Assembly: GCA_002780175.1 (NCBI GenBank)
Contig: PEVT01000048.1
Span: 8,754-72,753, forward strand
DNA: 64,000 nucleotides
Origin: Candidatus Moranbacteria bacterium CG06_land_8_20_14_3_00_40_12
GTDB taxonomy: Bacteria > Patescibacteriota > Minisyncoccia > Moranbacterales > UBA2206
Reading direction: 5' to 3'
Position numbers and translations under genes: made by a program. Below the pieces are notes generated by a model, which saw only the letters and a list, made by a program, of their open reading frames with translations, had not been told where the DNA came from and searched no databases. This document shows positions 49,376 to 59,570 of this stretch, piece by piece; position 1 is the stretch's first letter; each line of letters opens with the position of its first letter.

Positions 49376-51217
49376 TTATAAACTGTTGGCTTTTTCGGCC
49401 TCGGCCTGGTCAAGATAATAAATAAGCAAAGAGGTTCCCACTTGATAGTCGGGAATTTTTTCTTTTAGGAAGCGGTAGCTCTGGTTGTCCGGCTTGGTTT
49501 GGTCATAGAGGCTTCCTTGCAGAAAATTAGTGGAAACAGCATACCAGCCGATTTCGATTGGACGTTTACTGTCCCACCATAAATTGTTTTTATCTCCTAT
49601 GTGATAGTTGATATTTCCGCCACCGAAATAATCAATGCGGATTTTATCTATTTCCGGATGTTGAGACAGAAAATAACGCAAGCGGATTAAATCTTGGCCC
49701 CAGTCGGCGTTGGAATCGGTTACATAATGATAGCCATTTTTCGGACCGCCGGCCAATTGATTGAAATACGAGACATAATTAGGGAAAGACAAGAGGGTTT
49801 CCCATATCAGCCAAACTAAGAAAAACATGACGATAGCAGAAGAAAATTTTTTAATTTCCCGATGATGTTGCTTTTTGATAAATTCCGTAATTTTTTTTGC
49901 TAGCAGGATATAGATAAAAGGAAAAATCGGGAAAAGATGGCGCAGGCCGATGTTCAGCCGGCCCGTAATGCTGGAAATTAAGTATAAAGATATGAACAAC
50001 AGCATGGAAAATTCGGCCGGAGAAGTGCGAATATAGTCGATAAGGTTTTGCCAGCTTTTTTTGATAAAATTTTCAGAAATATTTTTTAATTTCTTTCCGA
50101 TTTGCCAGCAGGAAAAAAATAGGGAAAAAATAATCAGAAAAATTATTGGCAATGGTTCTTTAATTAGGAATACGACTGGAAAATAGGAAAGGAAACCCTT
50201 ATTGGATACTTCGCCCATGAAATAAGTCATATTTCCTCCAGCAACTCTTTGGAAGACTCTGGCTACGCCGAAAAAATAATCGGCAAGCGGCGTTAAAATC
50301 GGCTGGGCATTCATCCAAGAAATAACCATTCTGCCGTAAACATTTATGGGCTGTAAATCACTCGGATTAAAATAGTAATCCATGATTTCCAAAAGTTTTG
50401 TTTGTGGCATTCGGTAAGTATTTATATAATAAACCGCGTAAACAATTATCAAGGAAATTGCGAAAGCCGCGGTTCCCTTTAATAAGTATTCGCCAAGATA
50501 TTTTAATTTCCCATATTGTTTATCTTTAGGCAGCCTCACTAGCGGGTAGATTATTAAAATTAACGCAAAAATAGGAAAAGTTAATACGGAAGAAAATTTT
50601 ACCAGCTGCACTAATCCCAAAAATAGCCCAAAGAAAAAAGTATTTTTCCAATTAGGATTTTTAATAAATTTTATGAAGTAATAAAAAGTAAATACGATAA
50701 AAGCGGCAATGCCCAAATCAGTCGTGACATAATGATTGTGGCCTAAAATGTTGGGATCGAAAGCGTAAAAAAGAAGAGCGATAAAACCGGCGGTCAAACC
50801 GGCTAACTGCCGGGTCCAGATAAAAATAAAAATCCCCAAGATTAAAGAAAGCAAAATAATGGGCAAACGGGACCAAAAAACTATTTTTTCCGGATTATTG
50901 CCAGCTTGATAGAGGAAATATCTTCCGGCGTTCCATTGGCTATTATCAGCGTTATCTTTGGTCCAAAAATCTTGAGTAATATCAAACCTAGGTTGAAAGA
51001 AAAGTAAAGGAACGCCTGTTATATCTTTGAGAAGAGGCGGATGTTCCGGATTAAGCCGCATGTCATGCTCTTTTAAATAACTGTAGCCGGCTGGAATATG
51101 GGCGATTTCATCGTAAATCGGACTGTCATTTTTGGCGTTGATTAAGGAAATGACCAATATAAAAAACAGAATCAAAGAAATCAGCCAAAGATAATTTTTT
51201 TCTAAGAATCTTTTCAT
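49376..51217 (-). CDS. GT39/GT83-family (PMT/ArnT-like) polyprenyl-phosphate-sugar-dependent membrane glycosyltransferase
   Basis: N-terminal catalytic loop with a DE motif (SPIYDEIAH). About 13 TM helices and a C-terminal soluble domain. 613 aa. Confidence 0.6.
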   Translation of the reverse strand: MKRFLEKNYLWLISLILFFILVISLINAKNDSPIYDEIAHIPAGYSYLKEHDMRLNPEHPPLLKDITGVPLLFFQPRFDITQDFWTKDNADNSQWNAGRYFLYQAGNNPEKIVFWSRLPIILLSLILGIFIFIWTRQLAGLTAGFIALLFYAFDPNILGHNHYVTTDLGIAAFIVFTFYYFIKFIKNPNWKNTFFFGLFLGLVQLVKFSSVLTFPIFALILIIYPLVRLPKDKQYGKLKYLGEYLLKGTAAFAISLIIVYAVYYINTYRMPQTKLLEIMDYYFNPSDLQPINVYGRMVISWMNAQPILTPLADYFFGVARVFQRVAGGNMTYFMGEVSNKGFLSYFPVVFLIKEPLPIIFLIIFSLFFSCWQIGKKLKNISENFIKKSWQNLIDYIRTSPAEFSMLLFISLYLISSITGRLNIGLRHLFPIFPFIYILLAKKITEFIKKQHHREIKKFSSAIVMFFLVWLIWETLLSFPNYVSYFNQLAGGPKNGYHYVTDSNADWGQDLIRLRYFLSQHPEIDKIRIDYFGGGNINYHIGDKNNLWWDSKRPIEIGWYAVSTNFLQGSLYDQTKPDNQSYRFLKEKIPDYQVGTSLLIYYLDQAEAEKANSL

Positions 51218-51357
51218 GGCAATTTATCCCGCACTAACTTTGCACTGCGCCAAGTGCGTAAAATATTTAGTAAAATTATTGATACTGGATTTATCTTTAT
51301 TTTGTTGCATTATGTTACAGGCGCAAAATATTAATTGGTGCAAAGTTAGCGCGGGAT

Positions 51358-52920
51358 TTATTGCAAAATATAATAAACACTGCCAAGAGAGTTGATAATT
51401 TTTTTCGGAACAAGATTGGGAAATTTCAGCTGAAGTTCATTTTTGGCATTTTGGTTGTTTTCGGTAAAAAATACTATTGAGTTATTCGGATTCCGCGGGT
51501 TTATTTTAGGGAGTTCGTTGGGATAGAAAAATTGGACATTATCATCCAAGGTGAATAGCCAAATGGGCAATCTTTCCAGCGTGTTATTGCTACCAGTAAC
51601 GACGAATTTTTCTTGCGCTTTGGGCAGGGCTTGGATGTATTTGGAAATATCCGTCAGATTTTTGTTAAAAGAATTACCCACTATTGTTTTATTGGCCCAG
51701 AAATAATGATATTTGATTGTATTGAAAGCTCCTAGGGAAAGAAGCGCGAAAATAACCAAAGAAAAGATAATTTTTCTGAAAATTAAATTGTGTTCTTCCG
51801 CTTTTTCCAAAAAGAAATTAAAAGTCAAAGCGCTGAAAATGAAAACTACCGGCAAAGTTCCGATGGACCGCAAAGCGTGCGGGTTGCCTTCGGCGGTCAT
51901 AAATTCCGGGGCCAGCATTATAAAAAACCAAAAGATTAAAAAAGTGTGAACGGCCAATTCCGGATCGCGGATTTTTCGCTTAATCCGCCGATAAAGTTTT
52001 TGAAAAAACAGGAAAAAAGAGAAAATTATTCCAAAAAGAAAAGCAATGCCGGTGAGAGGATCCAGAAGCGGATAAGGAGGATAATTATGCCGCCAATTCT
52101 GGTCGCCCCAAAAATTATATTTAACCAAACTCAAGGAAAAGCTTCTGGCAAAAGTTTGAATTGTTTTTCCTTTATTAACTTTGGGGGAAAAAACAGAAAT
52201 GGAATCAAAGCGGGATTCAAAATATTCCGGATGAGCTTTAAAGGTATAAAGCATGGGAAAGGCAACAATCAGAGAAGAAAAGAGAAAAATTAAAACGCCT
52301 CTCCAGTAAGTTTTAAGAAAATTTTCTCGGGAAAGGACAAAAAAGATTAAAAGCATAATTAAAATTAAAGGAGAGATTCTCCAGGCGATATAGGTGTGGA
52401 TGCCTAGTCCGCAAAAAAAACCGCTTATGGCAAAGTCGATTTTTTTTCTAGTTCGCAGAGCCCGAAAAAGAAAATAAAAAGTAAAAACCAGAATAAAGGG
52501 CAGCATATTGGCGCGAAAAGAAATACGGCTGAAATTTAAAGGCCAAAAGGAAACGGCGACTAGAAATGAGCTGATAAGCCCAATTCTTTTATTGAAAATT
52601 TCTTGACCAAGCAAAAATATTCCCAATATCACCAAAGTTCCGGAAAGAATAGCGGGTAATTTAAGCGTTAAAATACTGATGCCAAAAAGCTTAAAACATA
52701 AAGCAATTAAATTCATAAAAAGTCCTTCCCGACCCTGATTAGCCGGATAAAACCATTGGTAATTGCCGGTATTATTGGCTTGAATAGCATCTTCGCCATT
52801 GATGGCTTCATCCGGGTAAATTCCCGGAGGCGTGTTTTCAATATTATAGACCCGTAAGAATAATCCTAAAGATAAAATCAAAAACAACAAAAAATAGATT
52901 AACTTTTTTTTATTTTCCAT
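51358..52920 (-). CDS. GT39/GT83-family (ArnT-like) membrane glycosyltransferase
   Basis: GIYPDEAIN motif in the first extracytoplasmic loop, with a multi-TM topology. It is a paralog of the preceding gene. Confidence 0.65.
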   Translation of the reverse strand: MENKKKLIYFLLFLILSLGLFLRVYNIENTPPGIYPDEAINGEDAIQANNTGNYQWFYPANQGREGLFMNLIALCFKLFGISILTLKLPAILSGTLVILGIFLLGQEIFNKRIGLISSFLVAVSFWPLNFSRISFRANMLPFILVFTFYFLFRALRTRKKIDFAISGFFCGLGIHTYIAWRISPLILIMLLIFFVLSRENFLKTYWRGVLIFLFSSLIVAFPMLYTFKAHPEYFESRFDSISVFSPKVNKGKTIQTFARSFSLSLVKYNFWGDQNWRHNYPPYPLLDPLTGIAFLFGIIFSFFLFFQKLYRRIKRKIRDPELAVHTFLIFWFFIMLAPEFMTAEGNPHALRSIGTLPVVFIFSALTFNFFLEKAEEHNLIFRKIIFSLVIFALLSLGAFNTIKYHYFWANKTIVGNSFNKNLTDISKYIQALPKAQEKFVVTGSNNTLERLPIWLFTLDDNVQFFYPNELPKINPRNPNNSIVFFTENNQNAKNELQLKFPNLVPKKIINSLGSVYYILQ

Positions 52921-53022
52921 TTTAGTTTTGTTTTTAACTGGTCAAATTATACCATAAATTTATTCTAATATCCACAGCAGGAGCCTTGGAGATAGGAGTA
53001 AAATTAATGTTTTTGTGGTATA

Positions 53023-53544
53023 ATGAAAGAGCTAAAAAAGGATAAGCGAAAAAGGAGAAAATCCGCCGGGTTAAGTTTTAATCAATTAAAAAATAAGCTT
53101 ATGTCGGTTCTTGATCCCATCTCCAAAGGAGATTTAAATTTAAAAGACAAGTTTATGGAAAAGACGGAAGATTCGGAGAAGAATTCTTCAGGCCAAGGCG
53201 CCGAAAAGGAATCTGGAGAGATTAAATATGCTCCGGAAAAAAACAAAGAAGGCGCGCCGGAGAAAAAAGAGGAAACTTATTCTAAAATACTTTCCCAGGT
53301 AACTTCTTATAAACCAGCCGATACCCAAAATTTGGAAGAAGACGCGCGAAAAGTTCAGGCGGAAAAAGAAGTTAAAGCCAAAATAACCAAACTAGTGGGG
53401 TTAGCCAGGGGAAAAGGAGTTATTTACGCCGTTAAAGTGGCGAGAAAAGTGGAAGATAATTATACCCTGGACGAATTTCATGATTGTCTGGCGCATGAAT
53501 TCCAGGCGGCTTTAATTAAAGAAGGTTTAATTAAAGAAATTTAA
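53023..53544 (+). CDS. Hypothetical highly charged protein (Lys/Glu-rich)
   Basis: 173 aa. No family recognised. Sits upstream of the ATPase gene. Confidence 0.35.
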   Translation: MKELKKDKRKRRKSAGLSFNQLKNKLMSVLDPISKGDLNLKDKFMEKTEDSEKNSSGQGAEKESGEIKYAPEKNKEGAPEKKEETYSKILSQVTSYKPADTQNLEEDARKVQAEKEVKAKITKLVGLARGKGVIYAVKVARKVEDNYTLDEFHDCLAHEFQAALIKEGLIKEI

Positions 53545-53555
53545 ATTTCGAAAAA

Positions 53556-53700
53556 AAAGCGTCATCCCAAACGGAATCCCGGGTATTCGGGACGAAGTCG
53601 AAGGATCTACTTTGTAAATTTTAATTAGATCCCCTGCCTACCGACCCGCCTATCGGAGGTCAGGCAGACAGGCTCGACGAAGCCCGGGATGATATGGAAT
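53556..53700. repeat. Composite palindromic element (GTCATCCC...GGGATGA termini with degenerate CCTGCC palindrome core)
   Basis: CGTCATCCCAAACGGAATCCCGGGTATTCGGGACGAAGTCG ... CGACGAAGCCCGGGATGATATGG. The core is CCTGCCTACCGACCCGCCTATCGGAGGTCAGGCAGACAGG. Confidence 0.55.
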
Positions 53701-53735
53701 TAACTGATAATTTCATCAAATAATATTTATTTTTT

Positions 53736-56207
53736 ATGCCGGCCATAGATTCATTGTTTGTTTTAGTGGTAATCCTTTTTGGATTGACGGCTTTATTCAG
53801 CGGACTGCTTTTGGTGTTGCGCAGTTTTTTAAATTTTCGGATAAATATCCATCGTTCCATAAACATGGATTTGGAAATAATCCGAGTTTCCAAAATTAAC
53901 CGTCCCAAAGAAGAACAGGAAAAACAGGAATTTTGGAAAGAAGAAATCGGAGCGATGGAGCAGCTTTTGACTTCGCTTTCCGGATTCAAAGAAACCGGCG
54001 GTTGGTGGAAACGGCTCATTTACGGACAGCCGCATATTTCTTTTGAAATTGCCAATTCGGCTAAAGACGAGGAAATAATTTTTTTCGTGGCCATGCCTAA
54101 AAAATTCAGAGAAGCCATAGAAAAGCAAATTAACAGTTTTTTCCCCAACGCTTCCTTGGAACTTTCCCAGGATTTTAATATTTTCTATCCCGGCAGCGTT
54201 ACTTGCGCTTCCATTTTAAAATTAAAAAACAACTATATTTTCCCCATAAAAACTTATGAAAATCTGGAAATAGATCCGCTTAACGCTTTAACAAACGCTT
54301 TAAGCAAGCTAAGCAGAACGGAAGAGGGAGCGGCGGTTCAGCTGGTTTTTTGTCCGGTATTGCCCGGCTGGAGAATGAAAGGCCGGAAAATTGCCAGAGA
54401 AATGCAACAAGGAAAAAGATTGAGCCAGGTTTATTCAAAATCCTTTTTGTCCAAAGTCGGGAAAGAAATGGGAGACACTTTTTATAAAACCGTCATCAAA
54501 TCGGAGAAAGCGGAAAATAAAGGAGGATTAGACTCCAAATCGGTTCAACTGACCCCAGAAGAGCAGGAGCTGGTTAAAAGCATTGATCAAAAGTCCAGTA
54601 AAGCCGGGTTCGCGGTTAACATTCGCTTAGTCGCTTCTTCCGAAAGCCAGGAAAGATCGCAGCAGATTTTATCCCAGCTGGAAAACGCCTTTGTTCAGTA
54701 TGAAAATTCCGATCTTAATTGTTTTCAGATTTTCAAGAGAGTCGATCAGAAAGACATAGCTTTTGATTTTATTTTTCGGAATTTTATTTCCAACCAGGCG
54801 ATGATACTCAATGTCGAAGAAATCGCCAGTATTTTTCATTTACCCATTTCAGTTACCGAAGCGCCGAGAATCAAATGGCTCAAATCCAATATGGCCGCGC
54901 CGCCAGTGGATATTCCCCAGGAAGGCTTGATTTTAGGGTTTAACGATTATCGGGGAACTAAGACCAGCATCCGCATTACGGATGAAGATCGCCGGAGGCA
55001 TCTTTATTCTATCGGCCAGACCGGAACCGGAAAATCAAACTTTCTCCAGGAAATGGCCAAACAAGACGCTAAAAACGGCAAAGGTTTTTGCTTTATTGAT
55101 CCGCATGGCCAAGCCGTGGAAGATATTTTAAGCTGTATTCCCAAGGAAAGAGCCGAGGATGTGGTTATTTTCGATCCCTCGGACGTAGAGCGGCCTTTCG
55201 GCTTGAATATGCTGGAATATGACGAAAAACGTCCGGAACAGAAAACTTTCGTGATCAACGAAATGATTGGGATCTTTGATCAGTTGTATGATTTGCGGCA
55301 GACCGGCGGGCCGATGTTCGAGCAATATGTGAGGAACGCCATGCTTTTAGTGATGGAAGATCCCCAATCCGGTTCCACTTTGATGGAAATTCCCAAAGTG
55401 CTGGCGGATGAAGGTTTCAGGAAAATGAAGCTGTCCCGCTGCCAGAATCCGGTAGTGGTTGATTTTTGGACCAAGGAAGCGGAAAAAGCCGGCGGAGAAG
55501 CGGCTCTGGCTAATATGGTGCCCTACATCACTTCCAAGCTCACCACTTTTATTTCCAACGATATGATGAGGCCGATTATCGCCCAGCAAAAAAGCACCAT
55601 TAATTTCCGGCAAATCATGGATCAGAAAAAAATTCTACTAATTAATCTTTCTAAAGGGAAAATCGGCGAAATCAACGCGAGGCTTTTGGGAATGGTGATT
55701 GTGGGTAAAATTTTAATGGCGGCGCTCTCAAGAGTGGATATTCCAGAAGAAGAGCGGGTGGATTTTTATCTGTATATGGACGAGTTCCAAAATGTGACTA
55801 CCAATTCCATCGCGCAAATTCTTTCCGAAGCCCGGAAATACCGCCTGTGTTTGATTTTAGCCAATCAGTTCATCGGTCAGCTAAAAGAAGAAATTTCCAA
55901 GGCGGTTTTTGGCAATGTGGGTTCTTTGATTTCTTTCCGGGTGGGTTCGGAAGACGGAGAATTTCTGGAAAAACAATTCGCGCCGGTTTTTTCTCAAAAC
56001 GATCTGGTTAATGTGGATAATTATAACGGTTTTGCCAAAATTCTGGTAAAAAATATTTTAACCAAGCCGTTTAACATCAAGACTTATCCGCCGACCAAAG
56101 GCAATCCGGAAATTTCCCAGGCGCTTAAAGAATTATCGCGCCTCAAATACGGCCGGGACAAAGATATCGTCAACAAAGAAATTATGGAACGGATCAAATT
56201 GGTTTAA
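53736..56207 (+). CDS. Membrane-anchored P-loop ATPase of the TraD/VirD4-VirB4-HerA/FtsK superfamily (AAA_10/DUF87-like)
   Basis: An N-terminal TM helix, then a ~380-aa unknown domain. Walker A IGQTGTGKSNFL is followed by FIDPHGQ...VIFDPSD...PFGLNML. Walker B is FYLYMDEFQNV, followed by ARKYRLCLILANQFIGQL. The exact family is unresolved. Confidence 0.5.
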   Translation: MPAIDSLFVLVVILFGLTALFSGLLLVLRSFLNFRINIHRSINMDLEIIRVSKINRPKEEQEKQEFWKEEIGAMEQLLTSLSGFKETGGWWKRLIYGQPHISFEIANSAKDEEIIFFVAMPKKFREAIEKQINSFFPNASLELSQDFNIFYPGSVTCASILKLKNNYIFPIKTYENLEIDPLNALTNALSKLSRTEEGAAVQLVFCPVLPGWRMKGRKIAREMQQGKRLSQVYSKSFLSKVGKEMGDTFYKTVIKSEKAENKGGLDSKSVQLTPEEQELVKSIDQKSSKAGFAVNIRLVASSESQERSQQILSQLENAFVQYENSDLNCFQIFKRVDQKDIAFDFIFRNFISNQAMILNVEEIASIFHLPISVTEAPRIKWLKSNMAAPPVDIPQEGLILGFNDYRGTKTSIRITDEDRRRHLYSIGQTGTGKSNFLQEMAKQDAKNGKGFCFIDPHGQAVEDILSCIPKERAEDVVIFDPSDVERPFGLNMLEYDEKRPEQKTFVINEMIGIFDQLYDLRQTGGPMFEQYVRNAMLLVMEDPQSGSTLMEIPKVLADEGFRKMKLSRCQNPVVVDFWTKEAEKAGGEAALANMVPYITSKLTTFISNDMMRPIIAQQKSTINFRQIMDQKKILLINLSKGKIGEINARLLGMVIVGKILMAALSRVDIPEEERVDFYLYMDEFQNVTTNSIAQILSEARKYRLCLILANQFIGQLKEEISKAVFGNVGSLISFRVGSEDGEFLEKQFAPVFSQNDLVNVDNYNGFAKILVKNILTKPFNIKTYPPTKGNPEISQALKELSRLKYGRDKDIVNKEIMERIKLV

Positions 56208-56220
56208 AAAAATGTCATTG

Positions 56221-56240
56221 CCTGCCTGCCGGCAGGCAGG
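56221..56240. repeat. Perfect 20-bp palindrome CCTGCCTGCCGGCAGGCAGG preceded by TGTCATTG
   Basis: Seen directly after the ATPase stop. Identical copies lie at 34026-34045 and 47318-37. A 1-mismatch copy lies at 31622-41. Degenerate copies lie at 7761-79, 8848-63 and 53633-80. Confidence 0.85.
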
Positions 56241-56827
56241 CGAAGAAGTTTCGCCTCAAAACAATCGCGGCAGTCTAAATGTATTGTCCGTAAAAACAAA
56301 AAAGCTTTCTATTGAAGCTTTTTTAAATTTTATATGGCATTTCGGCGTCATCCAAAATCATCGCGCCATTTCGCGCGTGGTCGCGATTAAATTTTGGGGT
56401 AGTTTTTATCAAAATCAGGGTTTATTTTTTTAAACCAGGGACAATCCCAGCATTGGTATATTTTTTTAACTACTTTCGGACAGAAAGGTTCTTTGCTTAA
56501 TGAGCCCGCGATAAACCAGCATTCTTTTCCTGAATCGGTCGTGTATGCGGGACATTTTTTTCTGACCTCGATATCGCAATTTTGGAGTTCCCAACAATTT
56601 TGGGGTTCTTTTTCACTCGTAGTGGAATATGGATTTAATTATTATATAATTTTTATGTCCGCGAAACAATAAACAACATCACGCGCAATGTTTCGGAATA
56701 CGCGATGTTCGTTTTTTGGATTTATTGAACTAATTTGTGATTTGACTTAGGGCTATTTTATCACACTTTAACTTATTCCAGAAGTGCAAAATTTTTAACC
56801 AGATATACCGTGCTATATGATGTAAAT

Positions 56828-57232
56828 TTAGCTTATTCGTAGTTTATTCCAAAGCTTGTTAATGTCGACTTCAATTTTTGCTAAATTGGGCCAAGTATTT
56901 AATCTGTCATCTTTAAATCTCGGCAGTAAATGAAAATGAAAATGAAAAACTGATTGCTGGCCGTCTTTTCCGCTTGCGTGCATTAGATTCATACCCGTCG
57001 CATTTATTTTTTGTTTATATTCCAGCGTCAATCTCCGGGCTACTTTTACTAATTCACAAAGAATGTCAGATGGAATATCATATAAATCAGCATAATGCTT
57101 TTTTGGCGCAACTAAAGTATGTCCATAAGCTTCAATTTCTTTAGGTAGAAAACATATCACATTTTCATTTTCATAAATAATTTTCGCCGGCGCTTTTCTA
57201 TTAACAATTTGGCAAAATTTGCAATTGTCCAT
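56828..57232 (-). CDS. HIT-family (histidine triad) nucleotide hydrolase
   Basis: Zinc-ribbon CxxC N-terminus and the histidine triad VFHFHFHLLP. Confidence 0.8.
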   Translation of the reverse strand: MDNCKFCQIVNRKAPAKIIYENENVICFLPKEIEAYGHTLVAPKKHYADLYDIPSDILCELVKVARRLTLEYKQKINATGMNLMHASGKDGQQSVFHFHFHLLPRFKDDRLNTWPNLAKIEVDINKLWNKLRIS

Positions 57233-57336
57233 ATTTTATAAATTATATCAGGGCTAAATTTATTTCAGCTAGTTCATTTATACGCGAAAACGCTTCGCGT
57301 ATAATAGAAAATCGTGTATTTTATTTTAAATTGCCG

Positions 57337-59532
57337 TTAATCGGCTAAAAAGGATTGAACGGTGTTTTCGGCGGAAAAGTAAACGGTGTTGGTATCTTCG
57401 TTCACGGCAAAATCAGTAGAGTCGGCAATTTCCGGATGATAATATTGGGCCAATATTTTTCCGGTCAGATCCAGTTTGACGACGCGGGAATTAGCTTTAT
57501 CCAAAATCCAGATGTTTTGGCCGTTAATTTTAGCGGCGACTTTAAAGGGCAGGATTTTAGCGGGAGTTTCTTCAATAGTCAGATCTTGTTTTTTCCCCCG
57601 GAAAAGTTTCAGCAGATTTTCCGGTTCGGCCAGATAGATATTTTCATTGATGGCGATGTCGGAAGCCCGGGCAATGTCAAAATCCTCTTTTTTCCAGTTG
57701 ATTTTTTCCCCAAAGCCGCCTTCGGCGCGGGGATAGCGGTAGATTTGATTGTTGGCCGAATCCACCAAATAAAGGTAAGTCAAGTAAGTGCCAGCCAGGA
57801 TTATTTTGGCGCTCTCCGGAAGATTAAGGATATTATCCTGGAATTTTTTGGAAACCGGGCTGAAAGCCAGGGCTTTGCCTTGCGGATTAATTAAAATTAT
57901 CAGATCGAGATCGTTTATGCCGGAAGCAACCTCGATTTTTTTAAAGGTTTCGGGAATGGCAAATTCCTGCTGATTTTCCAGGTCAAATATTTTTTTATCC
58001 GAAAAAGCGAAAATTTTATCTTTGAGATTTATCAAACGGACGATTTCTTCCGAAAAATTAACGGCTGAATTTAAATTTTCCAGGCGCGTCAAGCCAGGTT
58101 CATTTTCCAGAGGAATTATAACCGGAGCGGTTTCGACAATTTGGCTGGCCAGCTTTTTCTGCTCCATATTTTTCTGGATTTTGACAATGAAAACAGGGAC
58201 GACAAAAATCAAAAAAATAATTACCAAAGCATAAAGTTTTTGCTTTCCGGTCATTCGGGCAAAGAGTTTTCGAAGGATGTAAAAATCAGGGAAAAAGCGG
58301 AACTTTTTTTCCATTGATGGAACAGAAACTTCTCCGGGAGAAAAATCAGATTCGATGTTTGCAATCGCCGGCGCGGATTTTTTGAATAAACGGAAGAATC
58401 TGTTGATAATCCAGACGACGCAATCCTTAAAGAAAGAAAAAATAAGCGCTAAAAGGCGGCCGAAAAAGAGCCCTATCCGGATTATTTTTTCCTTAAAAGG
58501 ATAAGTCTTTAAGCTTTTTAAAAAAGGTTGTATTTTTTCTCCGACTTTTTTAGCTTGAATTTGCAATAAAGAGCCCGATTGATCAAAATAAGCTTTCTTT
58601 TTGAAAAGAAAAAAAGAAGAAATTTTTTCGAATTTTTCGGGTTTTGCGGATTCTTTGATATAAATATGTCCGACTTTAGGCGTTTTTTCTTTGGGTGGAA
58701 GAAATTGATCCGGGATTTTTTCCATTTTGACTTCCGGCGCCATTTTTCTTTTTAAGGCAGGCTTGGAAAAGACGGAATTGCTAAAAACGTTCATTTTTTC
58801 CGCTTTTCTGGAAACAGGAAGAACAAGTTCCTCTTTTTCCCTGATATCCACTACCAAAGCCGCCGCCTTTTCCAATTTATTAACCAATACAGTTCTTAAA
58901 AATTGGGCGAAATCTTTTTCGGAAAAATTTAAAGCGTTGTTTTTTATTTCTTCCAAATCCAGGACATCGAGAATATTATCGGTGATAATAATAAGCTTAT
59001 CCTGGTTTTCCAATTTCCCGCTGGAAATATTAACGAAAGTTTTTAAAGGATTAGGTTCGAGATTATCAGGTGATAAATCCTCGCTGATATTGGTCAAGTA
59101 GCCGTTGCGCAATAAAAGGGCTAAAGTATTTCCGGTCTGGGTAAGATGCAAGTTTTGTTTTTCCGCCACGGCGCAAAGAGCGTTAATTTTTCCAATCCAA
59201 TTGATATTGCCGTATTCGGCCAGTTTAGCCAGAGCCAGATTGGCTTTATGGAGGGCGGCTTCAAAACTTTCCACCGCCCCTCTTTTGGGCCGGGAAAAAT
59301 ATTCTTTTTTAATCACGGAAATCAGATAATTTACGATATAGGAAGAATCTTCCGAATTATCGTTAATTTCAAAAATTCCCAAAAGAGCGCCCAGATCTTT
59401 TTGAGTGATATTTTCCGGTTCGTGCACGAAAACTTCCAAAAAAGGGCGATTTTCTTTGTCGTTGCAGACTAAAATTTCCTCAAAAAAAGATTCCATTTCG
59501 GTAATTTTTTTTCCCAATTTTTTTTTCAACAT
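57337..59532 (-). CDS. Large hypothetical membrane-spanning protein (731 aa)
   Basis: N-terminal cytoplasmic domain, a central cluster of TM helices (LYALVIIFLIFVVPVFIV; LALIFSFF) and a C-terminal beta-rich domain. No family confidently recognised. Confidence 0.4.
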   Translation of the reverse strand: MLKKKLGKKITEMESFFEEILVCNDKENRPFLEVFVHEPENITQKDLGALLGIFEINDNSEDSSYIVNYLISVIKKEYFSRPKRGAVESFEAALHKANLALAKLAEYGNINWIGKINALCAVAEKQNLHLTQTGNTLALLLRNGYLTNISEDLSPDNLEPNPLKTFVNISSGKLENQDKLIIITDNILDVLDLEEIKNNALNFSEKDFAQFLRTVLVNKLEKAAALVVDIREKEELVLPVSRKAEKMNVFSNSVFSKPALKRKMAPEVKMEKIPDQFLPPKEKTPKVGHIYIKESAKPEKFEKISSFFLFKKKAYFDQSGSLLQIQAKKVGEKIQPFLKSLKTYPFKEKIIRIGLFFGRLLALIFSFFKDCVVWIINRFFRLFKKSAPAIANIESDFSPGEVSVPSMEKKFRFFPDFYILRKLFARMTGKQKLYALVIIFLIFVVPVFIVKIQKNMEQKKLASQIVETAPVIIPLENEPGLTRLENLNSAVNFSEEIVRLINLKDKIFAFSDKKIFDLENQQEFAIPETFKKIEVASGINDLDLIILINPQGKALAFSPVSKKFQDNILNLPESAKIILAGTYLTYLYLVDSANNQIYRYPRAEGGFGEKINWKKEDFDIARASDIAINENIYLAEPENLLKLFRGKKQDLTIEETPAKILPFKVAAKINGQNIWILDKANSRVVKLDLTGKILAQYYHPEIADSTDFAVNEDTNTVYFSAENTVQSFLAD

Positions 59533-59570
59533 AAAAAATTAATTGATTTTAATTCCGCGCCGGTATTATT

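Noticed and set aside
56212-56433. 73-aa ORF downstream of the ATPase gene
   Set aside because: It begins inside the TGTCATTG plus 20-bp palindrome element and runs through intergenic hairpins. It is most likely non-coding.
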